Part shown: piece after piece, positions 1 through 12,189 of the stretch
Layout of the letters: every line of letters begins with the position of its first letter
Position numbering within the stretch: the stretch's first letter is position 1
Source: Octopus bimaculoides
Lineage: Eukaryota
Assembly: GCF_001194135.2 (NCBI RefSeq)
Contig: NC_068992.1
Coordinates: forward strand, 47,652,596 to 47,716,595
DNA length: 64,000 bases
Direction of reading: 5' to 3'
Program-made: the position numbers and the translations under genes
Notes under the pieces: generated by a model
What the model saw: only the letters and a program-made list of their open reading frames with translations
The model's database searches: none
What the model was told of the DNA's origin: nothing

Positions 1-317
1 GGCTATTTCTAGAGATAATGCCAAACCATTTTTCAATGTTTATTTTTAGAGATGATGACAGCAGTACTTTTTAGAGATTTGTTGTCTTTTAGTTGTAGGG
101 ATAAGATTCTTAAACCCCAAATAAGATTAATTGAATCATTGTTTGTTAAGCTTGGGTTTGAATTTCTTAATGAAGTCCTTTTCTCTCAGTTTTCTCTCAA
201 TTTCATTCAGGTTGTAAAGTTTATGAAATGGAAATATCATAAAAGTTTTTCGACCACATGTTGCCAGATGATTACGCAGTGGTATTTGGCAGACTTCTGG
301 ATTTTTAATTTGTATAT

Positions 318-349
<32 letters not shown>

Positions 350-361
350 TTTCATCATGCT

Positions 362-560
362 GAACTGTTAATTTCTACATATTTTTTTCTCTCTCTGTTT
401 GTTTTTTTTCTTCTTAATTCTTTCTGTTGAAGAGTGTAGGCTCAAAACATAAAGACTTTTCCATTCTTCACAAGTGTTAAAGTAATACACCTGTTTGTTG
501 TTCCTATACCTGTCTTCATCATTTGTTTTCTGTAAATGTGAACAATATACATATAAATAT
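362..560 (+). mobile_element. Short non-autonomous repeat with hammerhead-ribozyme-like motif (same family as 53776-53967)
   Basis: TCTTT-CTGTTGA-AGAGTGTAGGCTC-AAAAC-AT-AAAGA at 419-455. The motif and downstream sequence resemble the reverse complement of 53776-53967. Boundaries approximate. Confidence 0.6.
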
Positions 561-2069
561 AATGGTTTCAAGATGTTTGGAGAAAACTTGTAGCTTGTTG
601 TGCTCACAGTACTAGAAGGTCTGAGAAAGAGAGAGAGATGGGGGGGGGAGAAGGAAAGCGGAGAATGCATTCATATTATTTTACTTCAATATTGGTGAGA
701 GTTGGTGATGGGAAGATTGTCGAGCCATTGAAAATCTGCCCCAAGAAATTTTGTCCAACCAATGTGAGTATGGAAAAGTGGATGTTTGAACAGTGACAAT
801 GCTGTGTAATTTCTTTAATACCTGGTCCTTTCTTCTATACATCTCCACTTTCTAAATCTAACACTGATCTAAAAATTGTATCCCGTGAGATTCACTTTTA
901 GTTAAAGCGTACGTGTGGATAACAAGATTAAAAGCCCAATACACATAGACATGCATCCTTCCATTAAAACTCTAATTATAATCTGTTACCTTAGGAATGC
1001 TTACCAACATGTTTAGTTATATGTTGTAATCAGAAACCTATTATTAAGCTACCTTTACAATTATTACAGGCTTGCATCCTTCCTCCCATAAGCGCTTATA
1101 TATTAATGTTACCCTACTATTATTAGAAAACATTTTACACAATATACAACGATGTATAAAATCCTAACAGTAAACCAAGTTCCCTACAACACAGCATGTG
1201 ATCAGGATTTTTAAATAATCTGTTACACTTAGAAATAAATCTTTAGATTTCATTCTACGTTAGTAACACACTTATTACTAACATTAAACAAGCTTTCGAA
1301 ACACATGCCATTTTCCTCAATATAATTTGGCAATCTTAAAAGAAATCATATAAATCTTCAATCTAAATTTCTAGTCACTTCTCACACATTTCTTTTCAAC
1401 TTTAACACCATTTTACTTTTTTTATTTTCATACAGCACTAACCTCAATTTACCACATTATTCACAAATCCAAAGATAGATATATTATCTGACAACTTTCT
1501 GACAGAAAACCTCTAAGTGTAATATAAACACAACCAATTTATGAACCACTTCTATATTGAAATAATTCTAATTTTATTCTTATCATATTTTAATTCTAAC
1601 TTATAAGATATTTTACGTATAACTCCTACACTTAACCTTAGGCCACAAGTCTGTCACATGCCTACAGATTCATTAAGCCTGAGAATATTGTGAGGTCTGA
1701 GGTATACAAACAACTAAAATTACAATACTCTCACTTGAATGGGATTCTAGTTCACTGCAGGATTAACCCTAAGCTGTTAGTGGTACTTATTTTCAGCTGA
1801 GTGGACTGGAACCACAATGCTTCTCCCAGTCTAGAAACTGAAACCATGACCTGTTGATCATGAGCCCAACATTCTAACCACTATGCTATGTACAATCACA
1901 AAATTTAATGTAGCTTCCCTAATTTACATATATTACTTCATTAAGTATCTCTACTTCAGTAGTTCATCAAGATACCATGTAATGCAGTTTTCCTTATTTT
2001 ATTCACTCTCTCAGGCTGTACAATTCATTTGTTTTATGTCTAGTGTTCAATACCAGCATAGGTTAAATT

Positions 2070-2410
2070 TGTGGTTCTCAACCATTTTTTACCTCTGGAC
2101 CCCTTTGGTTGCTATTTTCTTCTCGTAGACTCCCAGAGCCATTTAGTGGTTAAAAAGTATTTTCGTAAGTACTTTCAAAATTCTTATTTTGTTTCTCACT
2201 CATTCACTTGTGTATGTAAGCAATAGCATTCTATGAGAGAACATGTTTCAGTGGCCAGAAACATGTTAAAACTATGTAAAACATTAGTGAAAGAAACCCA
2301 GTTGTTTCTTGCAAAAAAATTATCTAAAGCATAATTTTTCGTGCACCTTTTAAATACTACTCTGGATCCCCTAATTTGCTACTTTGCTTGTATGGACCCC
2401 CCAAAATCTT
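2070..2410 (+). mobile_element. Degenerate hAT-like MITE (one recognisable end)
   Basis: Begins TGTGGTTCTCAACC, resembling the CAGTGGTTCTCAACC terminus of hAT/Charlie-type MITEs, with GGACCCC subterminal motifs near 2097 and 2393. No intact right TIR seen. Confidence 0.4.
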
Positions 2411-3369
2411 ATGCAGCTATAATAGGACCTACTTCAGATCAAAGGTATTCTGGCTATGAACATTCCTTCAGATATTTGGAATGGCATTATGCAATGTCAT
2501 CACTTCTTTCAATACTGTATGGCTGAATGTGATTTTAAGATGACTTGGCTATTATTTCTAGAAGGTTAAGTGACCTCACCACCACCAAAAACCCCTTTTC
2601 TTGTTGTTCCTGTTGGGGTTAACTGAACAGTATTCAACAAAACATGTGAATGACTTGGTCAATAACTCAAGCAGCTTCTGCTTACAACAATGGAACAGTG
2701 AAAAAAAATGCCTTCAATACTTATAAGACAAATGTGTATAAAATTCTCGCACAGCTTTCTAATAAGAACAACAACAGTAACAGCAACAAGAACAACAACA
2801 GCAACTCCACCCACCATCACTACCACCACAACAACAACAAAGGAACAATGAAAGGAGATTTGCAAACCCTCTTCCTAGTTCAAAACCAGTTAATCTTGCC
2901 CCAACAGATAGAAGAGTGGACAAAAGTGACAACAGATATTGATGCCATGCCAGTATGATTGACTGCCAAACTGACCAATGACACTAGAGGAAGTAAAAAC
3001 ACACGATTCCTGTTTTACCGTGTCAATAGGGAGAAGAATAAAAGAACATTTCAATAACTACAGTGAAATTTTCGATTGCCTGAAGAACATGATACAAGGA
3101 AATTATATTAGAGAGACTGAAATAAAGCATTACATTCGAATAATTGATTACATAGCTGTGTGAAAAAAACAGATATGTTTGTTACTTTGTCATTGACATC
3201 ACAACTAAGGCCATACTGGAGCACAACACTCAGAGTTAAAAGTTTTGCCATTGGATGGATAGATAGATAGATAGATAGATTTGTAAACACTTGTAAGCTG
3301 AGGGTGTTGCTGCCCCCATCTCCAAATGTATGAGTTAATGCTTCATCAGGTGGTGAAATACCACGTGAC

Positions 3370-3630
3370 ATAGTGGTTTGGATGATGTGGTTACAATCAT
3401 TAGTTCATGATTTCATTCTCTGACTGGGTGACATATTGTGTTCCCAGGCAGGGCACTTTTATTTCACATTAGCCCTCTCTGCTAAAACCAGCAGTGAGAG
3501 ACATCTGGTGGAGGGTTGACTCTATGGTGGATCAGCATCCCATTCAGTGGGGGAGGCGGTCTTGTACTTGTAGTCACTGAAACACTATGAACAGTAAGAT
3601 AAACTTTGGCCTAATGGCCATATCAGTTTG
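3370..3630 (+). mobile_element. Old tRNA-derived SINE remnant
   Basis: Degenerate A/B-box-like head followed by ATGGTGGATCAGCATCCCATTCAGTGGGG, resembling a V-domain-type SINE body. Heavily diverged. Confidence 0.35.
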
Positions 3631-4192
3631 AGACAGACTTTCATGTAATATAATCTATGCCAAAAGCACAAATATTAAAAGACCGATGCCTATATTCTAA
3701 ACTATACAAATTACAATACAGGGAATTATACATCAATACATATATATGTGTGTGTGTGTGTGCATCTATATTTGTGCATGTGTGTGTGTACACACACATG
3801 TATGTATAAACCTACGTAAATATGTGTGTGTGTGTGAAAGCATGTATTGATTATATGAATCCCAATATCAATCAACTATACCCTATATCAAATGAAAGAT
3901 ATTAAATGCTGTTGAAATATGCTGTTGTTTTTATGTATATATACATCTTATACACAAATACAGACATGGCTACAGTATTTACAGATAAATATAGAGACAC
4001 ACAGACAGACACCCACACTGTGTCAATGATATTAGTATAGCTTATACAATGATTTTGTATATGTATGTGAGTGTAGTTGTGTGTATCAATCACTCCCACA
4101 CACAGATATACATACACACGCATGTAGGCACATGCACCCACAAACAAATATGTACATATATTTATATTCATACACATATACATATTCACAGG

Positions 4193-4227
<35 letters not shown>

Positions 4228-5014
4228 GCATGCATACGTATGTATAGACCCTTCACTTCTATATCATATCAACCAACAAATATGTTGGGAGTAAAAAATA
4301 ATGTAAAACAACAACTAAATAAATATATAAATAGATGGAGAATAACTTCCTCTCAAAACAAAACACCAATAAGAGCAATAGATAATAACAGCATGAATAA
4401 GAACAACAATGCCATCACCTTCTTTATATTTGGCAGCCAATATTGAAAGTGATTCAATATGATGACATTTGTATTTATTTGTAGGGTGGATGTATATTAT
4501 GTGGGTGTGATTGAGGAGAAGGTACCAGCTACTCTTTCCACCTCAAGTTATAGCAATATTTCCTTTTTTTTTTTTGTGCTTTTGTCTTCATTATCAGTTT
4601 CTCATTATATTTTGGAGAGCTATAGTGAGAGTCATAGCATAAATGATGAGAATGCAACTGTTCTGAGTTCAAATCTTGCCAGGTTCATCTAACTCCAATT
4701 TAATTACAATCTGGTTTTAAATCTTTATCCCTTTCAGATGAGTATAGAAATCATTGTTGAGTGATTGGTAAAACAAGTAAACAGCAGATGGCTATTTAGG
4801 CAACCCCCCTTTATATTCTGACATGAAACCCTGTTACGATCATCTCTGACTTAAAATTTTCTTCAGTTGATAAAATAAGTACTCGTCAGATAATGAGATT
4901 AATTTGACCTGCAGAGTCTCATCTGTCTTTAGTTTGAGCAATTATACCCATATTTAAAATCATCATTATTTGGCCAGTGGTGAACTGGAAGAATTGCTAC
5001 AATGTCGGACAATA

Positions 5015-5195
5015 TACTTAGCAGCATGTCTTCTGGTTCTTTATGCTCTGAGTTCAAATACCACCACTGTTGTCTTCGCCTTTCATCCTTTTGGGGGTCA
5101 ATAAAATAAGTACCAATTGCGTAATGAGGGTCAATGTAATTCACTTACTCTCCCCTCTGAATTGCTGGCCTTGTACCAAAAGTAGAAAGAATTAC
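5015..5195 (+). mobile_element. SINE family E (TTCTGAGTTCAAAT...GCCTTTCATCC...ATAAAATAAGTACC core)
   Basis: Same core recurs at about 14230-14360, 14915-15135, 15590-15810, 31270-31430, 38840-39040, 39940-40750 and 60140-60355. Confidence 0.8.
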
Positions 5196-5711
5196 TACTT
5201 GGTCAGTGGATGACCACTGATGGCAGATGGAAGAATTGGGATGGTTCCAATATTTAGGTAGTGACTGTCAATGGTACTCATTAACACCTGAGTAGAGTGG
5301 AGTGACATTAAATGCGGTGCCTTGCTCAAAGACACAACACACTGCCAGGTTCAGAAATTGAAACCACAACCTTATGATCATGAGCTGAACACCCTCACCA
5401 TTTGTACCTTCTCTGTATATAAGATGTTCATTTGGAAAGTAAAATTCCAGCAGAGATTATCTTTTAGTCAATGAAACATTTGTCATGGTATGATAAAAGA
5501 ACTAGTTCGTTAAGTTGTAATTAATGTTAATACGTATAAGAACAATTATATATTATGTAAGAACTTTTTATTAGGTTGTAATTAATATGTAAAGAACTAT
5601 TCGTTAAATGTCTAACTATTGGAGACAAGTTGTCGTTAAAAGATAATTACAACGTTCTAGACTATTAACCTTGTCTTTACTGATGGTATGTTTTTTGTAA
5701 TATTTACATTG

Positions 5712-5880
5712 ACACAAGAATGGCTGTGTGGTTAAGAAACTTGATTCCTAGGCACATAGACTCATGTTCAGTTCCACTGCATGGGACCTTGGGTAAGTGT
5801 TGTTTACAGTTCTGGGCCAACCAAAGCCCTGCAAGTGAATTTGGTAAATGGAAACCAAAAGAAGCCTCATTTATTAATGT
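5712..5880 (+). mobile_element. SINE family A, 5' head
   Basis: A-box-like TGGCTGTGTGG, B-box-like GTTCAGTTCC, then CCTTGGGTAAGTG...GGAAACCAAAAGAAGCC. Homologous to many copies in the window. Confidence 0.8.
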
Positions 5881-5894
5881 GTGTATGTGGTGGG

Positions 5895-6312
5895 TTATCT
5901 CTTATTTGTTTCAGTCACGGGACAGCAGCCATGCTGGGGCACTGCCTTGAAGAATATTTTATCTGTATGAATTGACCCCAGTGCTTATTTTATTTTTTAA
6001 CCTGGGACCTCTTCTGTTGGACTCCTTTACTGAACCACTAAGTTACAGTGACATAAACACACCAACACTGGTTGTCAAATGGTGGTGGGGGTCAAACACA
6101 GAAACAAAAACACAAACACAGAAACAAAAGCACACACACACACAGATATATGACAGGCTTCTTTCAGTTTCTGTCTACCAAATCCACTCACAAGACATTG
6201 ATAGGCCCAAGACTATAATAGAAGACACCTACCCGTAGTGTCATGCAGTGGAACTGAACCCAGAGCAACCTGGTTGGAAATCAAGCTTCTTACTGCTTAG
6301 CCACAACAGTGT
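5895..6312 (-). mobile_element. SINE family A, full length
   Basis: Head, CA-rich middle and tail (...ACTGAAACAAATAAGAG) all present on the minus strand; collinear with 13196-13604. Confidence 0.85.
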
Positions 6313-6764
6313 CTATTATTTTCCCTTTGTTGTATAGCTGAAAGGTGTTTGTCCATTGTCTATGTATAATTCTTTTTCTGTTACACTTGCACCATTATTT
6401 CATAATGTCATGTTTGTCCAACAGTTGAAAGACCCTTTCTGTTATTTATTTATTTGTATTTGTAAATGTACAATTATTTTCCTTCAAAGCTTTGTGAATG
6501 GTGTTAGTAGATGAACACTGAAAGAAGCCCATCTTGTATCTGTGTGTGTGTGTGTGTGTGTGTGTACATATATAGGTAAAAAATTAAGGAGTGTGTGCAT
6601 TACATAAATAATATTTTCTGGATAAAAATAAAAAGACAACAAATGGAAAATTTGACATACCGATATATATAATGTAAAACAAAAGTGTAGTAAATAAACA
6701 AATGAACATATACTAAATATACAGGGGAACAGAAAACACAGAAGGTCACCAACTCTTCTTCAGT

Positions 6765-6960
6765 TATTGGCCAGAGGGTCAAACACAATTTCAGCCATTA
6801 TCCGTAATGTTGTTATTACTCTGGAGGCACTGACAAGAAACTTGCTGGAAATTGGACGAAAACATAACAAAACGAGACAGGCTCGAGATGAGACCATTAG
6901 TGGATGAATGAAGGATAAAGAAATAACAGGATAAAGGTTTAGGGCCAGATGAAGACAACA
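6765..6960 (+). mobile_element. RTE-like LINE 3' coding remnant
   Basis: Reads AIIRNVVITLEALTRNLLEIGRKHNKTRQARDETISG, loosely resembling the RTE C-terminal segment. Degenerate. Confidence 0.35.
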
Positions 6961-6967
6961 AGTAAGG

Positions 6968-7040
6968 ATCATCATCATCATCATCATCATCGTTTAACGT
7001 CCGCTTTTCATGCTAGCATGGGTTGGACGATTTGACTGAA
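6968..7040 (-). mobile_element. 3' tail of RTE-associated repeat with (GAT)n tail
   Basis: CATCATCATCGTTTAACGTCCGCTTTTCATGCTAGCATGGGTTGGACGATTTGACTGA, nearly identical to the start of the 63795-64000 copy. Confidence 0.85.
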
Positions 7041-7424
7041 CCAAAAAAAGCTGTGAGGCTGCAAGACAGACAGAAATGGGTCACGCAAAGGAGAAATGAA
7101 AACTGCCCTAAAGGACTAGAGACACGGGAAGGGTAGAGCAAGGAGCACAGAGAATCGAGACCAGTCCAGTCAAAGGCAACACGAGAAAGAATGACACCAC
7201 CTTAGGTCGTCAGAGGTCACATGATAGTGGGAAGAGAGAGGAATAGTCAGAGGGGTTAGAGATGTAGACAGAGCTGGAAACACGTGGGAGACAATGACTA
7301 GAATGGCATCCATAGAAAATCTACTTCAATAAATTCTGACAAACTCATGTAAACATGGATATGTGGGATGTTACATGGCGTTGAGGATGATTTTGTGTGT
7401 ATATATGTGTGTGTGTGTGTGTGA

Positions 7425-7635
7425 CTTTGTTTTTGTGTTTGATCTCTGCCACCACTTGATAACTTGTATTAGTTTGTTCAAGTGCTTGTAACTTAGCAGT
7501 TTGACCAAAGTGACTGATAGAATAAGTACCAGGCTTACAAATATACATAATGGGGTTTGATTTGTTCAACTAAACCCATGAAGGCAGTGCTCCAGTATGG
7601 TCATAGTCCAGTGAGTGAAACAAGTTAAAGCTAAA
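7425..7635 (+). mobile_element. SINE family A, 3' tail
   Basis: GATAGAATAAGTACCAGGCTT...AAGGCAGTGCTCCAGTATGG...GTGAAACAAGTTAAAG matches the tails of other family A copies. Confidence 0.8.
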
Positions 7636-7689
7636 AGATACATTGTGTACCAGAACAATGGCTTGATATATAAGTAAACAAATCAATCC

Positions 7690-7900
7690 CTGTATGATCA
7701 CTCACCATGCTAAAAATAGCAGTCAAATCTACCTCAGATTACACCTGATCATCTTATAAATGATTCTCTGGTGAATGTAGTTTTAGACTATGCCTGGAAA
7801 AAAAAAGGGTGAGATTGCCACACCTGGAATACTTCTGATCATGGTCTGCTAGATCAAAGGACAGAAGTGAGACTACATATAAACAAGAACATCAACCATT
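7690..7900 (+). mobile_element. SINE-like family F
   Basis: AAATAGCAGTCAAATCTACCTCA...GAATACTTCTGATCATGGTCTGC motif shared with about 30500-31095, 41815-41965, 54575-54745 (-) and 55195-55385. Confidence 0.65.
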
Positions 7901-8454
7901 AACAAAACAAAGTTCTTTTTTTTTTTTACTTTAGTAAATTCTCTGTAAGTTCTTTGTTTGTTTTGAAAACTGATTGAAACAGATGGACATTCTGAGATTT
8001 CTTCTTAGAAACATGGTAATGGAAATGTTTACTGCTATTCCAAGAATTTAGGAGAATCAACAAAGACACCATAATTTTCTAATTGCCAATATATAACATT
8101 TTTGTCTTTTATTTATTCATATATTTATTGTTTACTTCTTTCAGCAGCAAATGATTATAATTATTGGCTTAAGATGGAGACAAACAGAGAAATAAACATT
8201 GACAAATATATATATATATATACACATTGTCACATACATACATATACAGACATACAGAGGTATGCAAAGATACAGATAAATATGGATATAAGCAGAGATG
8301 CAGGTATACATACAGACACACATACAGGTTCATGGGCAAAAATATAAATATATATATAGCTACACACACATATACACTCAAAATTCGGATATGGACACAC
8401 ATGCACACAATCACATATAAACACACATACAGATTCACAAATGGAGACACACAT

Positions 8455-8497
8455 GCACACAAAGGTGCACACAAAGGTGCACACAAAGGTGCACACA
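8455..8497. repeat. 12-bp tandem repeat (CACACAAAGGTG)x3
   Basis: Three exact copies read directly inside a CA-rich low-complexity tract (about 8200-8590). Confidence 0.9.
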
Positions 8498-8775
8498 AAC
8501 AAGGGCATATACACAAACACATGCAAAGGCATGCAGACTTACTTTCACACACAGTGTTACACACAAACTCACACAGTGACATAGACATACAGTCACCCAC
8601 AGTTACTCATCTATAAATGAGTAAAATTAACCAGAGATGGATATATTGAGAGCTTTATGTCACCAATATGCATGATATTTGCTTTATATAGTAATAATCA
8701 TATATCACATTCTACATGCTTCAAACAGAAGGCTGTGTTGAAGACATATTATTGATAGCATAAAAATACAAGCAT

Positions 8776-8829
<54 letters not shown>

Positions 8830-9229
8830 TGACACAAGTAATATAAAAATTTGTATTAGTTTCACACTGAATGAATAAAGGAAAAAAAGTCTGACATAGC
8901 AGACGTTGCCTCTCTATCAGAACAATTAAAGTAAACCGAGGAATGAGAGAGAGAAAGAGAGAGAAAAGACAAGTAATCCCGAGAGCATTTACAAGAAGGG
9001 CACATTTCCGAGTGCTACGGAAGTAGGGCTAGAAAATAGTTTTCAATTTAAAAGAATCTGCAGAGGCAAACAATATTGATGACACAGTGTATGAATTGGC
9101 CTATGTGTGCATGTGCATGGATGTGCGTTCATGTGTCTAAATGAGTTTATATATATATTTTTTATATATATATATATATATANNNNNNNNNNGATGTGCG
9201 TTCATGTGTCTAAATGAGTTTATATATAT

Positions 9230-9272
<43 letters not shown>

Positions 9273-9480
9273 GCAATTATGCAGATATATTAAATATATT
9301 TAATGTATTTGATGTATCTAATTTGTTTATCCACATAATTGCCTCTCCACCTGCTCAACTTGATCTCTTTTACAGCCTTTCTCTACCTTGTGAAATGATC
9401 CCATTTAAAGACATCGGAGTCTAAGTTTGAATCTTTTGAGCACTACGTGTCGTCTATGTGGAGAATCTCTGGGTCTTATA

Positions 9481-10079
9481 GGGCTTTCCTATAAGGTGTT
9501 ATCCACCCCTGATTGGAACTCACCCGTATGACATGTACGCATGCTCAGTGACTTGCTTTAACAGTTGCAATCAGCTGAATGCACATTGCCAGTGACATTT
9601 GACATAATTACCCACACTCTGTGGTCAGGATTCTTTTTTTGGTTTGATGTCGGTATCGAAGGGATTACCAGACACCGGACAATACAGTGAGAGCAGCTTT
9701 CACTCACATTGTGGTATTCGATGCTGTGTACGTGTCTGTCATGGTAAAATATGCCACTCCTTAACTGTTGCTTTGCTTTCATCCGTAGCACGAGGNNNNN
9801 NNNNNATTTACTTTGTTGACATTCTTCATCGACAGAATTTTTATTCCTTTCAACCTTTCAGACAAGTCCGCCTTTCTTCCAGTAACATACTGTCCATATA
9901 ATCTTAAATATTTCTTTAACTCAGGCACAGTAAGTACTTCGATAGCTGAATCATCAAGCTGCTTTATATCCATGATAAGACGTAAAACAATAACAATGGC
10001 GTGGGTAGCCTCCGGAAGTTTAATTATCTACATGGAGCGCCGCCTAGCCAAGGGAGATAACCTACTTATAGGAAAGCCC
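9481..10079 (-). mobile_element. Internally deleted TIR DNA transposon encoding SAP domain and truncated SWIM-type segment (ISL2EU/Kolobok-accessory-like)
   Basis: Exact 15-bp TIR GGGCTTTCCTATAAG (9481-9495) and CTTATAGGAAAGCCC (10065-10079), TATA on both flanks. Minus-strand frames give LTVPELKKYLRLYGQYVTGRKADLSERL (SAP-like) and ...HRVWVIMSNVTGNVHSADCNC*. A 10-N gap lies inside. Confidence 0.8.
9806..9973 (-). pseudogene. SAP-domain coding segment of the transposon accessory gene
   Basis: MDIKQLDDSAIEVLTVPELKKYLRLYGQYVTGRKADLSERLKG fits the SAP pattern LxVxELKxxLxxxGxxxxGxKxxLxxRL. Confidence 0.75.
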
Positions 10080-10121
10080 TATATGTTAACTACATATATA
10101 TATAGAGAGAGAGAGAGAGTG

Positions 10122-10460
10122 AAAGTGCATGGCTCAGTGGTTAGAGCATTGAGCTTACAATCATGAGGTTGTGAGTTTGATTGCTAGACTAGGCTGTGTA
10201 TTGTGTTCTTGAACAAGACACTTCATTTTACGCTGCTCCATTTCACTCAGCTGTTGAAATGAGTTGTGACATCATTGGTGCCAAGCTGTATCAGCCTTTG
10301 TCTTTGCCTTGGATAATATTGGTGGCATGAAGATGGGAGACTGGTATACGTGGGAGATTCCTGGTCTACCATAAACAACCTTGCTTGGACTTGTGCCTCA
10401 GAGAGGAACTTTCTAGGTGCAATCCCATGGTAATTCATGACCAAAAGAGCTCTTTGCTCC
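10122..10460 (+). mobile_element. SINE family B, full length
   Basis: TGGCTCAGTGG A-box-like head and a B-box-like segment; body collinear with the reverse complement of 25069-25384. Confidence 0.85.
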
Positions 10461-11275
10461 TATGTGTGTGTGTGTGTGCGTAGTATATATATGTAAATAT
10501 AATCCCCAGTATATATAATTTCCAGTACAATAGACAGATCGAGCAGACAGACAAATATAAAGTCTATACATATATTTAAAATTTCATTCCTCATCATTTA
10601 TGGAGTACACACAAAGACATGCATAGACACATACAACACAAGATGTAATATACAACACATAAAAGCTACAGCCTACATACACACTAGCAAAGCTAGGAAA
10701 GCAAATCACCCAGATCCAATTTAGTAGGAAATGTCACAAAACAGACAAGACAAAACATGAAATACCTAAATAGCAAAATACCAAGGGAAAGAGATTAAGA
10801 GATAAATAGCAGGCAACAAGGTGTTCTCTCTGTTTCACACAAAACATATATCGGTCAGTGCAGATAGTCTCTTGCAATTAAGACTGGAAGACTTTTCTAA
10901 GTGTCATTCAGAACATTCTTCTGTGTGTGTTGTGTATGCGTGTTATAAAGTGAAACTTCTTTTATTGTTAAGTGTGACAATGCAAATATGACTTTACATG
11001 TGTATGTATATATATATATATATATATGTATGCCTGTGTGAATATGTGAATTTATGATGGCTGTATGTGTGATAGTGTGTGAATATGTGTGAATCTATGA
11101 TAGTTGTATACATGATTGTGTATATATGTGTCTGTGAATGTGTGTAAATTTAGATGTATATGAAAAACTGTAATTGTGCATATCTGTGTATGTGAGTGTG
11201 TATGTATGTGAATATGTAAATGTAAGTCTGTGTTTGACAGTATATGTGTAAATTTAGGTGTCAGAGACTATGTTT

Positions 11276-11277
<2 letters not shown>

Positions 11278-11360
<83 letters not shown>
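11278..11360. repeat. Compound (TG)n(AG)n microsatellite
   Basis: Read directly. Confidence 0.95.
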
Positions 11361-11365
<5 letters not shown>

Positions 11366-11780
11366 AATAGAGAGAGAGTGAGTGCACTATGTTTCCAGTG
11401 ATATCCTCATTAACATCCTTAGCACTGTGGTCTTGTTACAGCCAAATTGTGTTTTCACTCCAGAGAAAGAAAAAAAAACTGCTTCATGAGGAAATCATTG
11501 CTAAATATTTACAACAAATCCAAACACTCACCAAAGGATTGTGATAGTTTACACATGTTTGAAATAGTGCAAAGCATATACACACGCCTCATCTTTCTCA
11601 CTCTTGCCAATGCCTGCACTCTGGAATGGGCCCTCTGCACTTACCTCAATGTGGAAAGCCTCAAACAGAAGAATCACCTTCCAGGTACAGAACTATGGTG
11701 TCAGGAGACATAAAGATGCCAACATAGAATATAGGAGACATATATATATATATATAAATGTGTGTGCGTATGCGTATATA

Positions 11781-11832
<52 letters not shown>

Positions 11833-12189
11833 TAGAGGCACTAAACAGTAAAGATGCCAGAAAAATTTAGGAGTGTGTGTATTTAGTTAACACACATTTC
11901 CAGCCTAGCTATGGAAAGTAGATATTGTGGTTAAACCAAGATTTTTTTTTTTCCGTTTTATTGCTAGAAAAATAGATCCACCTAACTTGTTTTAATATTT
12001 ATTAATACTTCATTAGCGATTAATCCCTTAGTTTCCTGACCACACAGAGAGATGCAGTTTATAGCTATTCATAGCATACATAACTTTAAACCAAAAGAAA
12101 TTGGTTTGTTTAATTTGCATAACTACAAGAATTGCAAATGAGAATTTAGTGAATAGAAGCACTAAACAGTCTTGAAATAAACTTACTAG

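Noticed and set aside
880-1620. Possible mitochondrial insertion (NUMT) or old CR1-type LINE end
   Set aside because: G-poor strand bias is suggestive, but I could not recover any mitochondrial gene or convincing LINE motif.
2650-2958. Asn/His-rich ORF resembling a transcription-factor low-complexity region
   Set aside because: The N/H run comes from a degenerate (CAA)n microsatellite; no recognisable domain or exon boundaries.
8169-8616. ORFs with repeated HKGA/CAPL motifs
   Set aside because: Produced by a 12-bp tandem repeat in a CA-rich low-complexity tract; no splice or domain support.
11645-11692. Minus-strand 48-nt exon candidate (FCTWKVILLFEAFHIE) with GAG|GTAAGT donor
   Set aside because: Peptide unrecognised and no neighbouring exons in phase; such signal pairs are expected by chance in 64 kb.
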